Below, piece by piece: positions 1 through 8,990 of a stretch of DNA of 55,921 nt. Each line of letters begins with the position of its first letter. The stretch's first letter is position 1. The translations under genes were made by a program, and so were the position numbers. The notes below the pieces were generated by a model that was not told the DNA's origin, did not search any database, and worked only from the letters and a program-made list of their open reading frames with translations. The stretch spans positions 1 to 55,921 of the IMG/VR virus record IMGVR_UViG_3300034095_001732; one strand, 5' to 3'. This stretch comes from a virus. Its lineage: Duplodnaviria; Caudoviricetes.

Positions 1-127
1 GATCCCGGCGGGTGCGGCGGGTTCATCGCCCCCGACACGACGCCCAACCCGAACGGCCAGACCCTCCGCGAGAAGTGGGAAGGCGCCGTGTTGCAAGGCG
101 AGTTCCTCGCCAAGTCGCTCGGTCAGG
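1..127. repeat. Terminal direct repeat, copy 1 (circular-assembly overlap)
   Basis: Identical to 55795-55921. The 127-nt length is typical of an assembler k-mer overlap. Confidence 0.95.
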
Positions 128-699
128 GTAACCTGCCGGCCGACCTCGCGCGGATCGTGCAACGTGTCCGTGCGGTCGAGGTCAACTGGCGGCAGGAGTT
201 GGCCGACTGGACCCGCTCCATCGTCGCCGACCGCGCCGACTGGAGCCGCTCGTCCCGCCGGCACGCGACGGCGCCCTGCATCTACCCGCGCCGCAAGCGC
301 GATCAGCTGGGCACCATCGTCGTCGTCCGCGACACCAGCGGGTCGATCGACAAGGCGCTGTGCGATGAGTTCAGCGCGCAGGTCACCCAGTTCAGCGCCG
401 ACCTGCGGTGCAAGGTCGTCGTCCTCGACTGCGACACGCGGATCCACGCCGAATACCATCTGGAACCCGGCGATGAATGCCCGCTCGACGCACGCGGCGG
501 TGGCGGCACCGACTTCGAGCCCGCGTTCGACCGCGTCGCGCAGCTGCTCGACGAGGGCGAGACGATCGCCGGCCTCGTGTACCTGACCGACCTCGACGGC
601 AAGTTCCCCGCCGATCCCGAGGAGTACCCGGTCCTCTGGGCCGCGTACAATACGACCGGCGCGGCGCCCTTCGGCCGCACGATCCACGTGAAGAAGTAA
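1..699 (+). CDS. C-terminal vWA-like domain of the peptidase/vWA protein
   Basis: MIDAS-like DTSGS, GGGGTDF and YLTDLDG motifs. Confidence 0.88.
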   Translation, partial: DPGGCGGFIAPDTTPNPNGQTLREKWEGAVLQGEFLAKSLGQGNLPADLARIVQRVRAVEVNWRQELADWTRSIVADRADWSRSSRRHATAPCIYPRRKRDQLGTIVVVRDTSGSIDKALCDEFSAQVTQFSADLRCKVVVLDCDTRIHAEYHLEPGDECPLDARGGGGTDFEPAFDRVAQLLDEGETIAGLVYLTDLDGKFPADPEEYPVLWAAYNTTGAAPFGRTIHVKK

Positions 700-713
700 G
701 GAGGTTTGACCCT

Positions 714-742
714 CTGCCCTCTCCGCCCTGCGGGGAGGGCAG
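714..742 (+). terminator. Strong hairpin after the vWA gene (no U-tract; terminator or RNA-processing site)
   Basis: CTGCCCTCTCCGC-CCT-GCGGGGAGGGCAG. Confidence 0.4.
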
Positions 743-778
743 CAGTCAGCCCTTCGGCTGAGAACAACCCAACAACGT

Positions 779-997
779 ATGATCACACGCACCCGCCAGA
801 ACTGGAGCCCCGGCTCCACCGTTCGCGTCGGCTTCCTCCGCCTGCGCGTCCTCGCCTCCATCGCTACGCCCGGCAACTACCGGCCCGACGAATACGCCCT
901 CGAATCCCTCGACGGGCGCACGCACTACCGCTTCACCCCGCACCACGGCATCGTCCGCGTGAGCGACCGTGCCGCCGCCCTCGAACCCACCTTCTGA
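779..997 (+). CDS. Hypothetical early protein (72 aa)
   Basis: ATG preceded by the CAACCCAACAAC leader; good codon usage. Confidence 0.7.
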   Translation: MITRTRQNWSPGSTVRVGFLRLRVLASIATPGNYRPDEYALESLDGRTHYRFTPHHGIVRVSDRAAALEPTF

Positions 998-1023
998 TCC
1001 CAACCCAACAACCTATGCCCACG

Positions 1024-1335
1024 ATGAAAGACAGTTACCTTATCCGCATACCCTCTGGAAGCTGGGGCCACTCCAACAAATCGTTTCAAGATGCCGCCCA
1101 ACAGCTGGGGCGGAAACGTCCGTACCTTCCACGGCGTTCCTTATGCCTCGTCTACCTTGTCACCGATGACCCGGGTGCCTCCATCAGCTACCCCGCGACG
1201 TTCTCAAAGGATAGCGACTTCATCGAGATGAGTGACCTCGCGCGCCTCCGTTCCCGCATTATCCGCGTCGGCCGCTTCAGCCTCGGCGCGATCCTCAAGT
1301 CCGACCATTCCGACTTCGACTGCGTTTACCCATAA
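1024..1335 (+). CDS. Hypothetical early protein
   Basis: Start at CCCACG-ATG (alternative ATG at 1015); conserved leader element. Confidence 0.65.
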   Translation: MKDSYLIRIPSGSWGHSNKSFQDAAQQLGRKRPYLPRRSLCLVYLVTDDPGASISYPATFSKDSDFIEMSDLARLRSRIIRVGRFSLGAILKSDHSDFDCVYP

Positions 1336-1348
1336 ACCTATGCCCACG

Positions 1349-1933
1349 ATGACCACTCACCTAAGCCCCAACCTCCGCGACGCCCTGATCGAACAAGGGT
1401 GGGACGGCGACGAGCAAGGCCCGAGCCTGCTGCTCGTCGGCTCCCGCTACGGCAACAAGAAGCACCGGCACCTGTACCTAGAGGTGCGCGGTGCGGACAA
1501 GGTCCGCCTGTACATCCACCCCAACGTCCGCGCCCGCGTGCCCGACTTCAAAGCGCAGACCATCGACCTCGCCCGCCGCAACTGGGCGAAGAGCCTGACC
1601 CGCTGGGTCTCCCTCGCCTGCCTCGCCTTGCAAGATTGGTGGCACGAGGAGGACGCGCAGAAGGCGCGCGAGAATCTGCGGGAGCGCCGTCGTCAGGAGA
1701 CGCTGGCCGCGCTGCTGGAGCCCGTCGGCGTCACGCCCGAGGAGTTTGGGGCCATCGCCAACGTCCAATGGGCGTGGATGAACGACGACGACATCGCGAC
1801 GAAGACGCCCGAGGTCTCTGGCGTGCGACTCGAAACGCTTTGGGGTCGCCCTTGCGTCAACTGGGACGGCGCGATCAAGGTCCGCAAGACGGCCCGCCTG
1901 CTCACGTTCCTGCAGCAGGAGGGGTGGCGATGA
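1349..1933 (+). CDS. Hypothetical early protein
   Basis: Start at CCCACG-ATG (alternative 1340); ATGA overlap with the next gene. Confidence 0.7.
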   Translation: MTTHLSPNLRDALIEQGWDGDEQGPSLLLVGSRYGNKKHRHLYLEVRGADKVRLYIHPNVRARVPDFKAQTIDLARRNWAKSLTRWVSLACLALQDWWHEEDAQKARENLRERRRQETLAALLEPVGVTPEEFGAIANVQWAWMNDDDIATKTPEVSGVRLETLWGRPCVNWDGAIKVRKTARLLTFLQQEGWR

Positions 1934-2259
1934 CGACGGCAACGCCCGCACCTGTTCGCCCGATGAAGCTCTACGCCCATAGCTACCGGCGCAAGCCGGG
2001 CACCGAGGAGCCGCTGCCTTACAGGCGCGGCCCCTTCGCCAGTATGGACGAGTGGGATACGTTCCGGCACTCTAAGCACGGTCGCAAGATGGAGCTATGC
2101 TACGTGCTGGTCGACGAGGAAACGAACCCGCCCACCATCGTCAGCAGCTACGGTTTCCGCTCGCCCATCCCGCTTCCGTACCTGCTCCTCGTCCGCAGCT
2201 GGGACGGCGCGCTGCTCACCGGCGACGGCACCGTGGTCTTCGAGGGGGGCGCGCCATGA
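1930..2259 (+). CDS. Hypothetical protein (109 aa)
   Basis: ATGA overlaps at both ends. Confidence 0.65.
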   Translation: MTTATPAPVRPMKLYAHSYRRKPGTEEPLPYRRGPFASMDEWDTFRHSKHGRKMELCYVLVDEETNPPTIVSSYGFRSPIPLPYLLLVRSWDGALLTGDGTVVFEGGAP

Positions 2260-2363
2260 GGCGCTTCACCTCTGGCGAATACCTGCTCGCCGTCACGGTC
2301 GCGATGTTCGTCCTCATCTGGGCGGCGCTGCGGTACATCGTGACGCCGCTGATCGTGCGATAG
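2256..2363 (+). CDS. Small single-TM membrane protein (35 aa)
   Basis: MRRFTSGEYLLAVTVAMFVLIWAALRYIVTPLIVR; ATGA overlap. Confidence 0.55.
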   Translation: MRRFTSGEYLLAVTVAMFVLIWAALRYIVTPLIVR

Positions 2364-2474
2364 GTTGTGCGGTTGATGCGCTATTGACATCGGCCCCCGT
2401 TGGGTGAGGTTCGCGCCGTTCCTCGACGGGGTCAGGTTCCCCGTTTTGTCTGGTCATAGTCGAATAAAGGTTGA

Positions 2475-2506
2475 GCCCCCCACCGTGAGAGCGGTGGGGG
2501 GTTTTT
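2475..2506 (+). terminator. Intrinsic terminator
   Basis: CCCCCCACCG-TGAGAG-CGGTGGGGGG followed by TTTTT. Confidence 0.85.
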
Positions 2507-2648
2507 GCTTTACAGCCTCCGCGCTGCGTGCCTCCTCTGCATCCGCCCCGCCGGACCTCAACCTGCCGCCGGGCGCCAACCTCAACCTGACAATCGCCGG
2601 ACCGTTGCGACTCTTGCCGCGCCGCGTCCGGTCTGGAACCATCCGACT

Positions 2649-5090
2649 ATGACACGTTATTTCGGGGGCGAGCCCTCCAATATGGGCGTCGTCCGCGCCC
2701 TGCCCTACTCAACCTTCGCCGAGCTGGTCGAAGGCTACCTGCGCGAGCCCGTCCTGTTGCCCGTGACCAAGGCCGCGCTGCTGGCGATGCCCAAGGCGGA
2801 GGCGATGGACGCCAAGCGCACCCGCTACCTCGTCCCCGCCACCTTCAAAGCCGACCCATCGCAGCGCCGCACCGAGCACGCGGTAGCGTGCAACGTGTTG
2901 TGCATTGACGTCGATGCGCTCGACGACGCGCGCCACCTGCTGGACACGGGGCTCGACGTTGTGCTCGGTGACCTCGCCGCCATCGTCCATCACACGGCAC
3001 GCTCCGCGCCCGACGCGCCGCGCCTCCGCATCATCGTCGCCGCCGACGGGGTGCCCGTCGCCGCCTACCCCGACGCCGTGCGCCAGCTGGCGGGACAGCT
3101 GGGGATCGGCGAGCCGAACCGGGAGTCGCTCGTCCCGGTGCAGCCGATGTTTCTGCCAACCTGTTTCTCCGATGACCCATCCGACCCGGTCATCTACGCC
3201 AAGCCCGACGGCCACCCATTCACCCACGCGCAGGCGCCCGGCCCGGCGGCCCCGGCGGCGGCCGTACCTCCCGTGGATCTCGGGATCTCCCCGCTGGAAC
3301 ACTTTCGTCCGCCGCTGGAAGGCGTCACGCTGGATGACATAGCCCCTGCCCTCGACGCCATCGACCCGGGCTGCTCGATGCAACAGTGGATCGAGGTGGG
3401 GATGGGTCTGAAGCACCAGTTTGGGGACGCCGCGTTCCCCCTTTGGGACACGTGGTCAGCACGTTGCACCGATAAGTACCCGGGCGCAGCCCAGATCAAG
3501 CGGCGGTGGGATTCGCTGGCTGGTCAGACGGGGGACCGGGTGCCCGTGACCCTGCGTAGCGTGATGCGCGTGGCCGAGGAGGCCGGGTGGAAGAACACCA
3601 AGGTGGGTGAGAACGTGTACGGGCGACTCGTTGACTGGATGGCATCGACCTCGCGCTCGACCGAGGAGCTGCTCGACCACGCTATCCCCCGGATAACCGG
3701 GATCTCCCCGCTAGTAGGCCCCATCAAGCAGGCCGCGCTGGTGGGCACGCTCGCCCGCATCCTGCGTGCGCGTGGGATCGCCGGCGTGACCGCCTCGTCG
3801 CTGGCCAACGCGGTCAAGGAGCAGCTAGCCGAGGCGGCGAAGGCTGCACGTGGCAACGAGCCACCCTCTTGGTCGTCGCAGATCGTCTTCGTCACCGCGA
3901 GCAACCTGTTTTACAGGTACGGGGATAACCGGAAGATGAAACCCGAGGTGGTGGACCTGATCTACCGCTCGCCCGACCCGGAGAAGCGCCCGCGTGAGTG
4001 GCTGGTGCACGATGCGAAGATCAATGTGGTGGAGAACCTGCGCTACGACCCCGCTTCGACCGCCTCGATCGTGAACTACAACGGAGTGCCGTACTGCAAC
4101 ACGTACCGTGCGTCGTACCCGCAGGCGGACCCGTCGCAGATGCAAGAGGTGTACGATTTCTTCCTGCCCCATTCGCACAACCTCTTCGGTGCTCAATGGG
4201 CCAGCGTGATGTGGGACTTCGGCGCCTATCTGGTGCAGAAGCCGGGCTCCAAGATCCGCTGGGCACCGCTGGTGCAGAGCGGCGTCGGTGCAGGCAAGGG
4301 ATTGTGGGCGGCGTTCCTGACCCGGGCGCTGGGCTTCACCAACGTGCAACGGCTCGCGGCTGAGCACGTTTTGGAGGCCACGTACAATTCGTGGGCAACA
4401 GGTTATCAGCTCACGGTCCTCGATGAGGTGTACAACGTGGGGCACAACTCCCACCGCACGATGAACAAGCTGAAGCCGTCCATCTCAGACGACTTCGTGT
4501 CGGTCCGTGCGTTGTACGAGCCGGTGCAGACGGTGCCGAACGTGATGAACTTCGTGATGTTCACCAACCACCACAACTCGTTGGCCGTTCACGACAGCGA
4601 CCGCCGTTACTTTGTGCTGAAGTCCCCGCTACAGGGCGAGGGTGACGTCCGTGCCCTTGGCGGCGACGCCTACTTCACCAAGGGGTACAACCTGTTGTCC
4701 ACTCACGCCGGTGGGATTCGCGCCCTGCTGGAATCGTGGCCGATCTCCTCGACGTTCGCGCCCGAGGGCCGTGCCCCAGTCACTCCGTTCCTCAAGGAAC
4801 TGGCTGCGGCAACAGCCTCCCCGCTGGCCGCCGCCGTGCAGGACGCGCTCGACGACCAGCCCCACGCCCTCGTCCGCCGCGACCTCGTCTCGCTGCACGT
4901 GCTGCGCGCCGTGCTCCCGCCCGATCGGCTCGCCCAGTTCAGCGACCAAGGGTTGGCCGCCGTGTTGCGGGAGAAGGGGTTCATCTCCGTTGGGCGGCAC
5001 GACCTTGAAGGGGTGCGCCACGCGCTGTGGGCCCGTGATCTGGGCGGAGATCCTGTGGCCGAGGCGGCGGTGCGGCTGCAAGTTTTGTAA
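2649..5090 (+). CDS. Primase-helicase (AEP-like primase, PriCT-2-like domain, SF3/DUF5906-like helicase)
   Basis: DVD and HHTAR...PRLRII primase motifs; WIEVGMGLK...WDTWS...KYPG (PriCT-2); Walker A GVGAGKG; Walker B VLDE; FTN and DRRY. Confidence 0.85.
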   Translation: MTRYFGGEPSNMGVVRALPYSTFAELVEGYLREPVLLPVTKAALLAMPKAEAMDAKRTRYLVPATFKADPSQRRTEHAVACNVLCIDVDALDDARHLLDTGLDVVLGDLAAIVHHTARSAPDAPRLRIIVAADGVPVAAYPDAVRQLAGQLGIGEPNRESLVPVQPMFLPTCFSDDPSDPVIYAKPDGHPFTHAQAPGPAAPAAAVPPVDLGISPLEHFRPPLEGVTLDDIAPALDAIDPGCSMQQWIEVGMGLKHQFGDAAFPLWDTWSARCTDKYPGAAQIKRRWDSLAGQTGDRVPVTLRSVMRVAEEAGWKNTKVGENVYGRLVDWMASTSRSTEELLDHAIPRITGISPLVGPIKQAALVGTLARILRARGIAGVTASSLANAVKEQLAEAAKAARGNEPPSWSSQIVFVTASNLFYRYGDNRKMKPEVVDLIYRSPDPEKRPREWLVHDAKINVVENLRYDPASTASIVNYNGVPYCNTYRASYPQADPSQMQEVYDFFLPHSHNLFGAQWASVMWDFGAYLVQKPGSKIRWAPLVQSGVGAGKGLWAAFLTRALGFTNVQRLAAEHVLEATYNSWATGYQLTVLDEVYNVGHNSHRTMNKLKPSISDDFVSVRALYEPVQTVPNVMNFVMFTNHHNSLAVHDSDRRYFVLKSPLQGEGDVRALGGDAYFTKGYNLLSTHAGGIRALLESWPISSTFAPEGRAPVTPFLKELAAATASPLAAAVQDALDDQPHALVRRDLVSLHVLRAVLPPDRLAQFSDQGLAAVLREKGFISVGRHDLEGVRHALWARDLGGDPVAEAAVRLQVL

Positions 5091-5134
5091 CAAAAACTGT
5101 TGACGCTCGAACGGAAACTGTTTTTGTCAGTGCT

Positions 5135-5239
5135 GTGATCGCGGTACTAGCTCTACTCCTAACCTTCGTTCTGCTCGCTACGGCTGCGGCGGTCATCGCG
5201 GTGCTGCGGGCGGAGGACAACGACGACCACGACAACTAA
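5135..5239 (+). CDS. Small hydrophobic membrane peptide (34 aa)
   Basis: GTG start downstream of TTGACG (5100); one TM segment and an acidic tail. Confidence 0.4.
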   Translation: MIAVLALLLTFVLLATAAAVIAVLRAEDNDDHDN

Positions 5240-5241
5240 AT

Positions 5242-5517
5242 ATGAGTTCCGACATCGCATCAGTAACCATCGACAAGCTGCTCCGCGAAAACGAAGAGCA
5301 GGCCCGGCTCTTGGCCGGCGCCGCCGAGCGCGAGACCCGGCTGCTCGGCAAGATCGGCGAGTTGCAGCACCAGAACGCCGCGTTGCGGGCCGCGTCTGTC
5401 GAGGCGTGCGCTCTTGCCCGGGTATGGGTGACCATCTGGCACGACAAGTTGTCCGACGAGAGCGTCCAACTTTTCACGCAGTTGGAGAAGAAAATCCTGC
5501 GCGAGGTGCAGCCGTGA
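5242..5517 (+). CDS. Hypothetical coiled-coil protein
   Basis: ORF; GTGA overlap with the next gene. Confidence 0.7.
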   Translation: MSSDIASVTIDKLLRENEEQARLLAGAAERETRLLGKIGELQHQNAALRAASVEACALARVWVTIWHDKLSDESVQLFTQLEKKILREVQP

Positions 5518-6149
5518 GCCACCTTTTCAAACTCTCACCTGCCGACTTTTGCGCGGCAACCAAAGCCTGCGCTGAAGGCCGCGACTGGGCTCTCACCCAG
5601 CCGACGATGTCCGACGTTTGGGACAACTGTCCACGCAGCGAGTGGTTGCTGTGGATTTTGGACGCAATCGACCAACTACCTGACGACCGGACGCTGCGAC
5701 TTTTTGCGGTTTGGTGCGCGAGGAATACTCCGCTCGCAGACGGACGCAAAACAGGCGACCTGCTGACTGACCCGCGCTCGCTCGCCGCGCTCGATGTTGC
5801 AGAGCGATACGCTGCCGGCAAAGCGACGGATGAGGAGTTGCGTGCTGCGCGGGATGCTGCGGAGGCTGCTGCGGAGGCTGCGTGGGATGCTGCGCGGGCT
5901 GCTGCGCGGGATGCTGCGGAGGCTGCTGCGTGGGATGCTGCGGAGGCTGCTGCGTGGGCTGCGGGGGCTGCTGCGTTGGCTGCTGCGGGGGCTGCTGCGT
6001 GGGCTGCTGCGTGGGATGCTGCGTGGGATGCGGCGTGGGATGCTGCGCTGGCTGCGGGGGATGCTGCGTGGGATGCTGCGCGGGCTGCACAAGCCGACCA
6101 TCTCCGCACTCTAGTACCAAATCCGTTTAAGCGGGAGGTCAATAAATGA
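5514..6149 (+). CDS. Phage protein with Ala-rich AAWDAA/AARAA repeats
   Basis: LRLFAVWCAR...DPRSLAALDVAERYAAGKATDEEL followed by AAWDAA repeats; a widespread phage family. Confidence 0.8.
   Translation: MSHLFKLSPADFCAATKACAEGRDWALTQPTMSDVWDNCPRSEWLLWILDAIDQLPDDRTLRLFAVWCARNTPLADGRKTGDLLTDPRSLAALDVAERYAAGKATDEELRAARDAAEAAAEAAWDAARAAARDAAEAAAWDAAEAAAWAAGAAALAAAGAAAWAAAWDAAWDAAWDAALAAGDAAWDAARAAQADHLRTLVPNPFKREVNK
5841..6090 (+). repeat. Degenerate 12-bp coding tandem repeat (GCTGCGTGGGAT-type)
   Basis: About 20 imperfect units visible. Confidence 0.85.
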
Positions 6150-6535
6150 GCCAAGAACAAGACGACGCGACATCAGACAACGATACGATGGGAGGCCGGA
6201 CAGATCCGTTCGTTTTAATTAGGGTCCGCGCTAAAAGAGTTATCGATTGTTGGCACGACCTTACGACCACAACCCATCAACGAGCCTTCGGCAAAACTGC
6301 TCGCGCAATTCATCAACTTGAAAATGCGATAGAGGATTGCGAGTCCGAGCGACTGGGACAAGTTGTGGACGCTATGTCGCCGGAACAAGTCCACGCATAC
6401 CTAGAAATGATGGGTGTAAATGTGGAGGAGCTAGAATACCGAGCAGATGAGTTGAGAAAAAAGATCCAAACCAAAAACTGGGGACAAGATGATATTATGA
6501 ATAAACACATCAACGAAGGAGGGACGCCAACGTGA
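6146..6535 (+). CDS. Hypothetical protein (lower-GC segment)
   Basis: ATGA/GTGA overlaps; GGAGG upstream. Confidence 0.65.
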   Translation: MSQEQDDATSDNDTMGGRTDPFVLIRVRAKRVIDCWHDLTTTTHQRAFGKTARAIHQLENAIEDCESERLGQVVDAMSPEQVHAYLEMMGVNVEELEYRADELRKKIQTKNWGQDDIMNKHINEGGTPT

Positions 6536-6930
6536 GCGATCACTTAATCGCCGAAGCGAATAGGCACGCGAAAGCATTGGGTAAAATGACCTTGCCAACA
6601 ACGCAATCAACTCAGCGCGACATTCAATGGTACATCGAAGAGTGTATTGATTTGCGAAAGCAATTGGATCGGGAGTGCGCATCAAAGCGCGAGCACCTGC
6701 GGATTGCGGTTAGCGAAATCAACGAGCTGAAAGTAAAGGCCGGATTTTATGAACGGGAGACTGCTCGTCTAAGAGCAGACGGCGCCCGCTTGGATTTTAT
6801 ACTGTCGTTGGGATCTATCGCTAGGTTTTCAGCTGCGTGCTCAAAGTTGAAAATAGAGTCAACTGGAGAGCAATGGCTCCACGACGCTCGGCGGGCCATC
6901 GACGCCGCAATGGGGGAGGCGCAGCCGTGA
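6532..6930 (+). CDS. Hypothetical coiled-coil protein (lower-GC segment)
   Basis: LRADGARLDF...RRAIDAAM, a C-terminus common in small phage proteins. Confidence 0.65.
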   Translation: MSDHLIAEANRHAKALGKMTLPTTQSTQRDIQWYIEECIDLRKQLDRECASKREHLRIAVSEINELKVKAGFYERETARLRADGARLDFILSLGSIARFSAACSKLKIESTGEQWLHDARRAIDAAMGEAQP

Positions 6931-7139
6931 GCTATCCTATTAACCCCAAGGGTGAAGCAATTCGCCGGATGCTGATGGAGATGCGGACGTACAAGGAGAT
7001 CGCTCTCACCCTGCGCGTGCCCCTGTCCGCAGTGAAGTGGCAGGTGGATCAGCGTCGGATGCTCCGCATCCCGCTTACCCGGGAGGAACGTCTTTGGCTG
7101 GCGGACAAGCGCGGCGTGGATCGGAAGGTGGTTCCGTGA
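6927..7139 (+). CDS. Putative helix-turn-helix DNA-binding protein
   Basis: RTYKEIALTLRVPLSAVKWQV resembles a sigma4/LuxR-type HTH. Confidence 0.55.
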   Translation: MSYPINPKGEAIRRMLMEMRTYKEIALTLRVPLSAVKWQVDQRRMLRIPLTREERLWLADKRGVDRKVVP

Positions 7140-7447
7140 TCAATCAAGGCCCCACGATTGCCCCGGGCACCACCGCCACGGTCCCACTGGGCGGCATCCC
7201 TTACACCCATACCGTCAACCGCCCCGCGACTGGACGTCTGACCGAGACCAAGCTGTACGAGAAGCTGCCCGAGGACATCCGCAACGTGATGCAGGACGCG
7301 AAGACCAAGGGCAAATGGCTGGTCGGCGACTACCAAGTAGCTTGGCAGGACACGATGATCATCGGCCTCTGCGCCATCCTCGCCGAGAACTCCCATCTCT
7401 TCGTCAAGAAACCTACAACACCCAATGATCGAAACCAAACTGACTGA
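7136..7447 (+). CDS. Hypothetical protein
   Basis: GTGA overlap; codon usage. Confidence 0.6.
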   Translation: MINQGPTIAPGTTATVPLGGIPYTHTVNRPATGRLTETKLYEKLPEDIRNVMQDAKTKGKWLVGDYQVAWQDTMIIGLCAILAENSHLFVKKPTTPNDRNQTD

Positions 7448-7826
7448 ACTGACCGAGGCAATCCGGCAACTGACTGCTGCGTTGAACCACCGCAACGTGG
7501 CAGCCCCGGCTCCCGCGCCCGTCGTCCCTGCCAAGGTCGAAGCTCCGGCCCCCGTTCCCAAGGCGAAGCCCGCTCCGGCCCCCGAACCCGCGCCGTCGGC
7601 TGAGGATGCCGAGGACATTGAGGAGACGCCCGCCGTCCCACCCCCGGGTAAGGTGACGCAGGCCGACCTGCGTGATGCGGCCAGCAAGTTGCTGGAACAG
7701 AAGAAGCTGCCTGAGATCCTACGGATCAATCGCGAGCACGGCATCCGCCGCATCACCGAGTGCCCCGAGGAGAAGTACGAGTCGGTCTACGCCGCGCTCA
7801 CCGCCGCCCTTACCAATGGCTCGTAA
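7425..7826 (+). CDS. Pro/Ala-rich replication-module protein preceding the Cas4-like nuclease
   Basis: Typical position and C-terminus (ITECPEEKYESVY) of the gene upstream of DUF2800. Confidence 0.7.
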   Translation: MIETKLTELTEAIRQLTAALNHRNVAAPAPAPVVPAKVEAPAPVPKAKPAPAPEPAPSAEDAEDIEETPAVPPPGKVTQADLRDAASKLLEQKKLPEILRINREHGIRRITECPEEKYESVYAALTAALTNGS

Positions 7827-8976
7827 CCGCAGCATCATCGACGTCGGCCCGTCGGCTTCCGGCCGGTGGTCGGTATGCACCGCGTCGCCACAGTTCCTCG
7901 TGGACAACGCGGACAAGCTGCCGTCGGACTCGTCGGAGTACGCCGACGAGGGCAGCGTCGCGCACGCCGTGGCGGCCCAACTGTTGACCGCAGCGGATCC
8001 CGGCAATGTGAGCGGCGAGATGCTGGCGCACGTGACCAAGTACGTGGACTATGTCCGCTCGCAGTTCGACCAGTACCGTGGGTCGGTCGTCAAGATCGAG
8101 CAACCCATCAACCTGTTCTACCTGCCCAGCCGCAGCGGGATCGTAGACGCGGCGGTCATTCGCCACGACCACATCTTCATCAACGATCTCAAGTATGGGC
8201 AGGGTGTAAGTGTGGAGGCCGAGGGTAATACCCAGCTAGCCATCTATGCCGAGTCGTTGATCCAGTCGTGGGAACAGGTGATGGACTTCCCCGTTCACCT
8301 GACGGTGACCCTGTCCATCATCCAACCCCGGGACCGCAACAACCCCGAGCCCGTGCGGGTATGGACGATGACGCGCCAAGAGCTGTCCGAGTTCACCGCC
8401 AAGCTGGCGGCGAAGGCGGAGCTGGCCCTGACCGGCAAGGGCGAGTTCGTCCCCGACGACAAGGCTTGCCAGTTCTGTCCGGCCAAGGGGATCTGTGCGG
8501 CGTACGCCACTCGCGGTCTCGTTGCCCTGCCCGAACCGGCCCGAGTCATCGAGCTTCCCCACCCCGGCACCCTCACCCGCGAGCAACGTGTTCAAGCGTT
8601 GAAGGCGAAGAAGGTGCTGGCCCAGTGGATGGAGGCGCTCGAAGACCAAGAGATCCACGACCTGTCCAATGGCGCCGAACCCGCCGGCCTCAAGCTGGTC
8701 GAGGGCAAGTCCAACCGGAAGTGGGCGAACGTGGACGACGCGCTCAAGCTCCTGTCCAATCACCTCAGCCTCGATGAGATGCGCCCACGGGAGGAGGTCA
8801 TCTCTCCCGCCGCAGCCGAGCGACTGCTGAAGGGCATCAAACTTTCAACGCGCTTCACCAACCGGATGGAGACGTTGATCACCAGACCCGAGGGCAAACC
8901 GACACTGGTATCGGCGGACGATCCTCGTCCCGCGCTCTCGTTGACCCCCACCAATGGCCTGAAACCGCTAGAATAA
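7816..8976 (+). CDS. Cas4-like PD-(D/E)xK exonuclease (DUF2800 family)
   Basis: PSASGRW..C, GIVDA, DLKYG, QLAIYA and CQFCPAKGIC Fe-S cysteines. Confidence 0.88.
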   Translation: MARNRSIIDVGPSASGRWSVCTASPQFLVDNADKLPSDSSEYADEGSVAHAVAAQLLTAADPGNVSGEMLAHVTKYVDYVRSQFDQYRGSVVKIEQPINLFYLPSRSGIVDAAVIRHDHIFINDLKYGQGVSVEAEGNTQLAIYAESLIQSWEQVMDFPVHLTVTLSIIQPRDRNNPEPVRVWTMTRQELSEFTAKLAAKAELALTGKGEFVPDDKACQFCPAKGICAAYATRGLVALPEPARVIELPHPGTLTREQRVQALKAKKVLAQWMEALEDQEIHDLSNGAEPAGLKLVEGKSNRKWANVDDALKLLSNHLSLDEMRPREEVISPAAAERLLKGIKLSTRFTNRMETLITRPEGKPTLVSADDPRPALSLTPTNGLKPLE

Positions 8977-8990
8977 AACCACATACTGAT

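Noticed and set aside
1-127. Terminal repeat as a biological direct terminal repeat
   Set aside because: It is exactly 127 nt and falls inside a continuous gene, which fits an assembler circularisation overlap better.
5474-6160. Alternative-frame ORFs rich in Cys-Gly, Gln-Pro or Arg-Ser
   Set aside because: These are shadow translations of the 12-bp repeat in the real Ala-rich gene.
7816-8976. Cas4 as part of a CRISPR system
   Set aside because: The context (SSB, PolA, VRR-NUC, SNF2) is the standard phage replication module.
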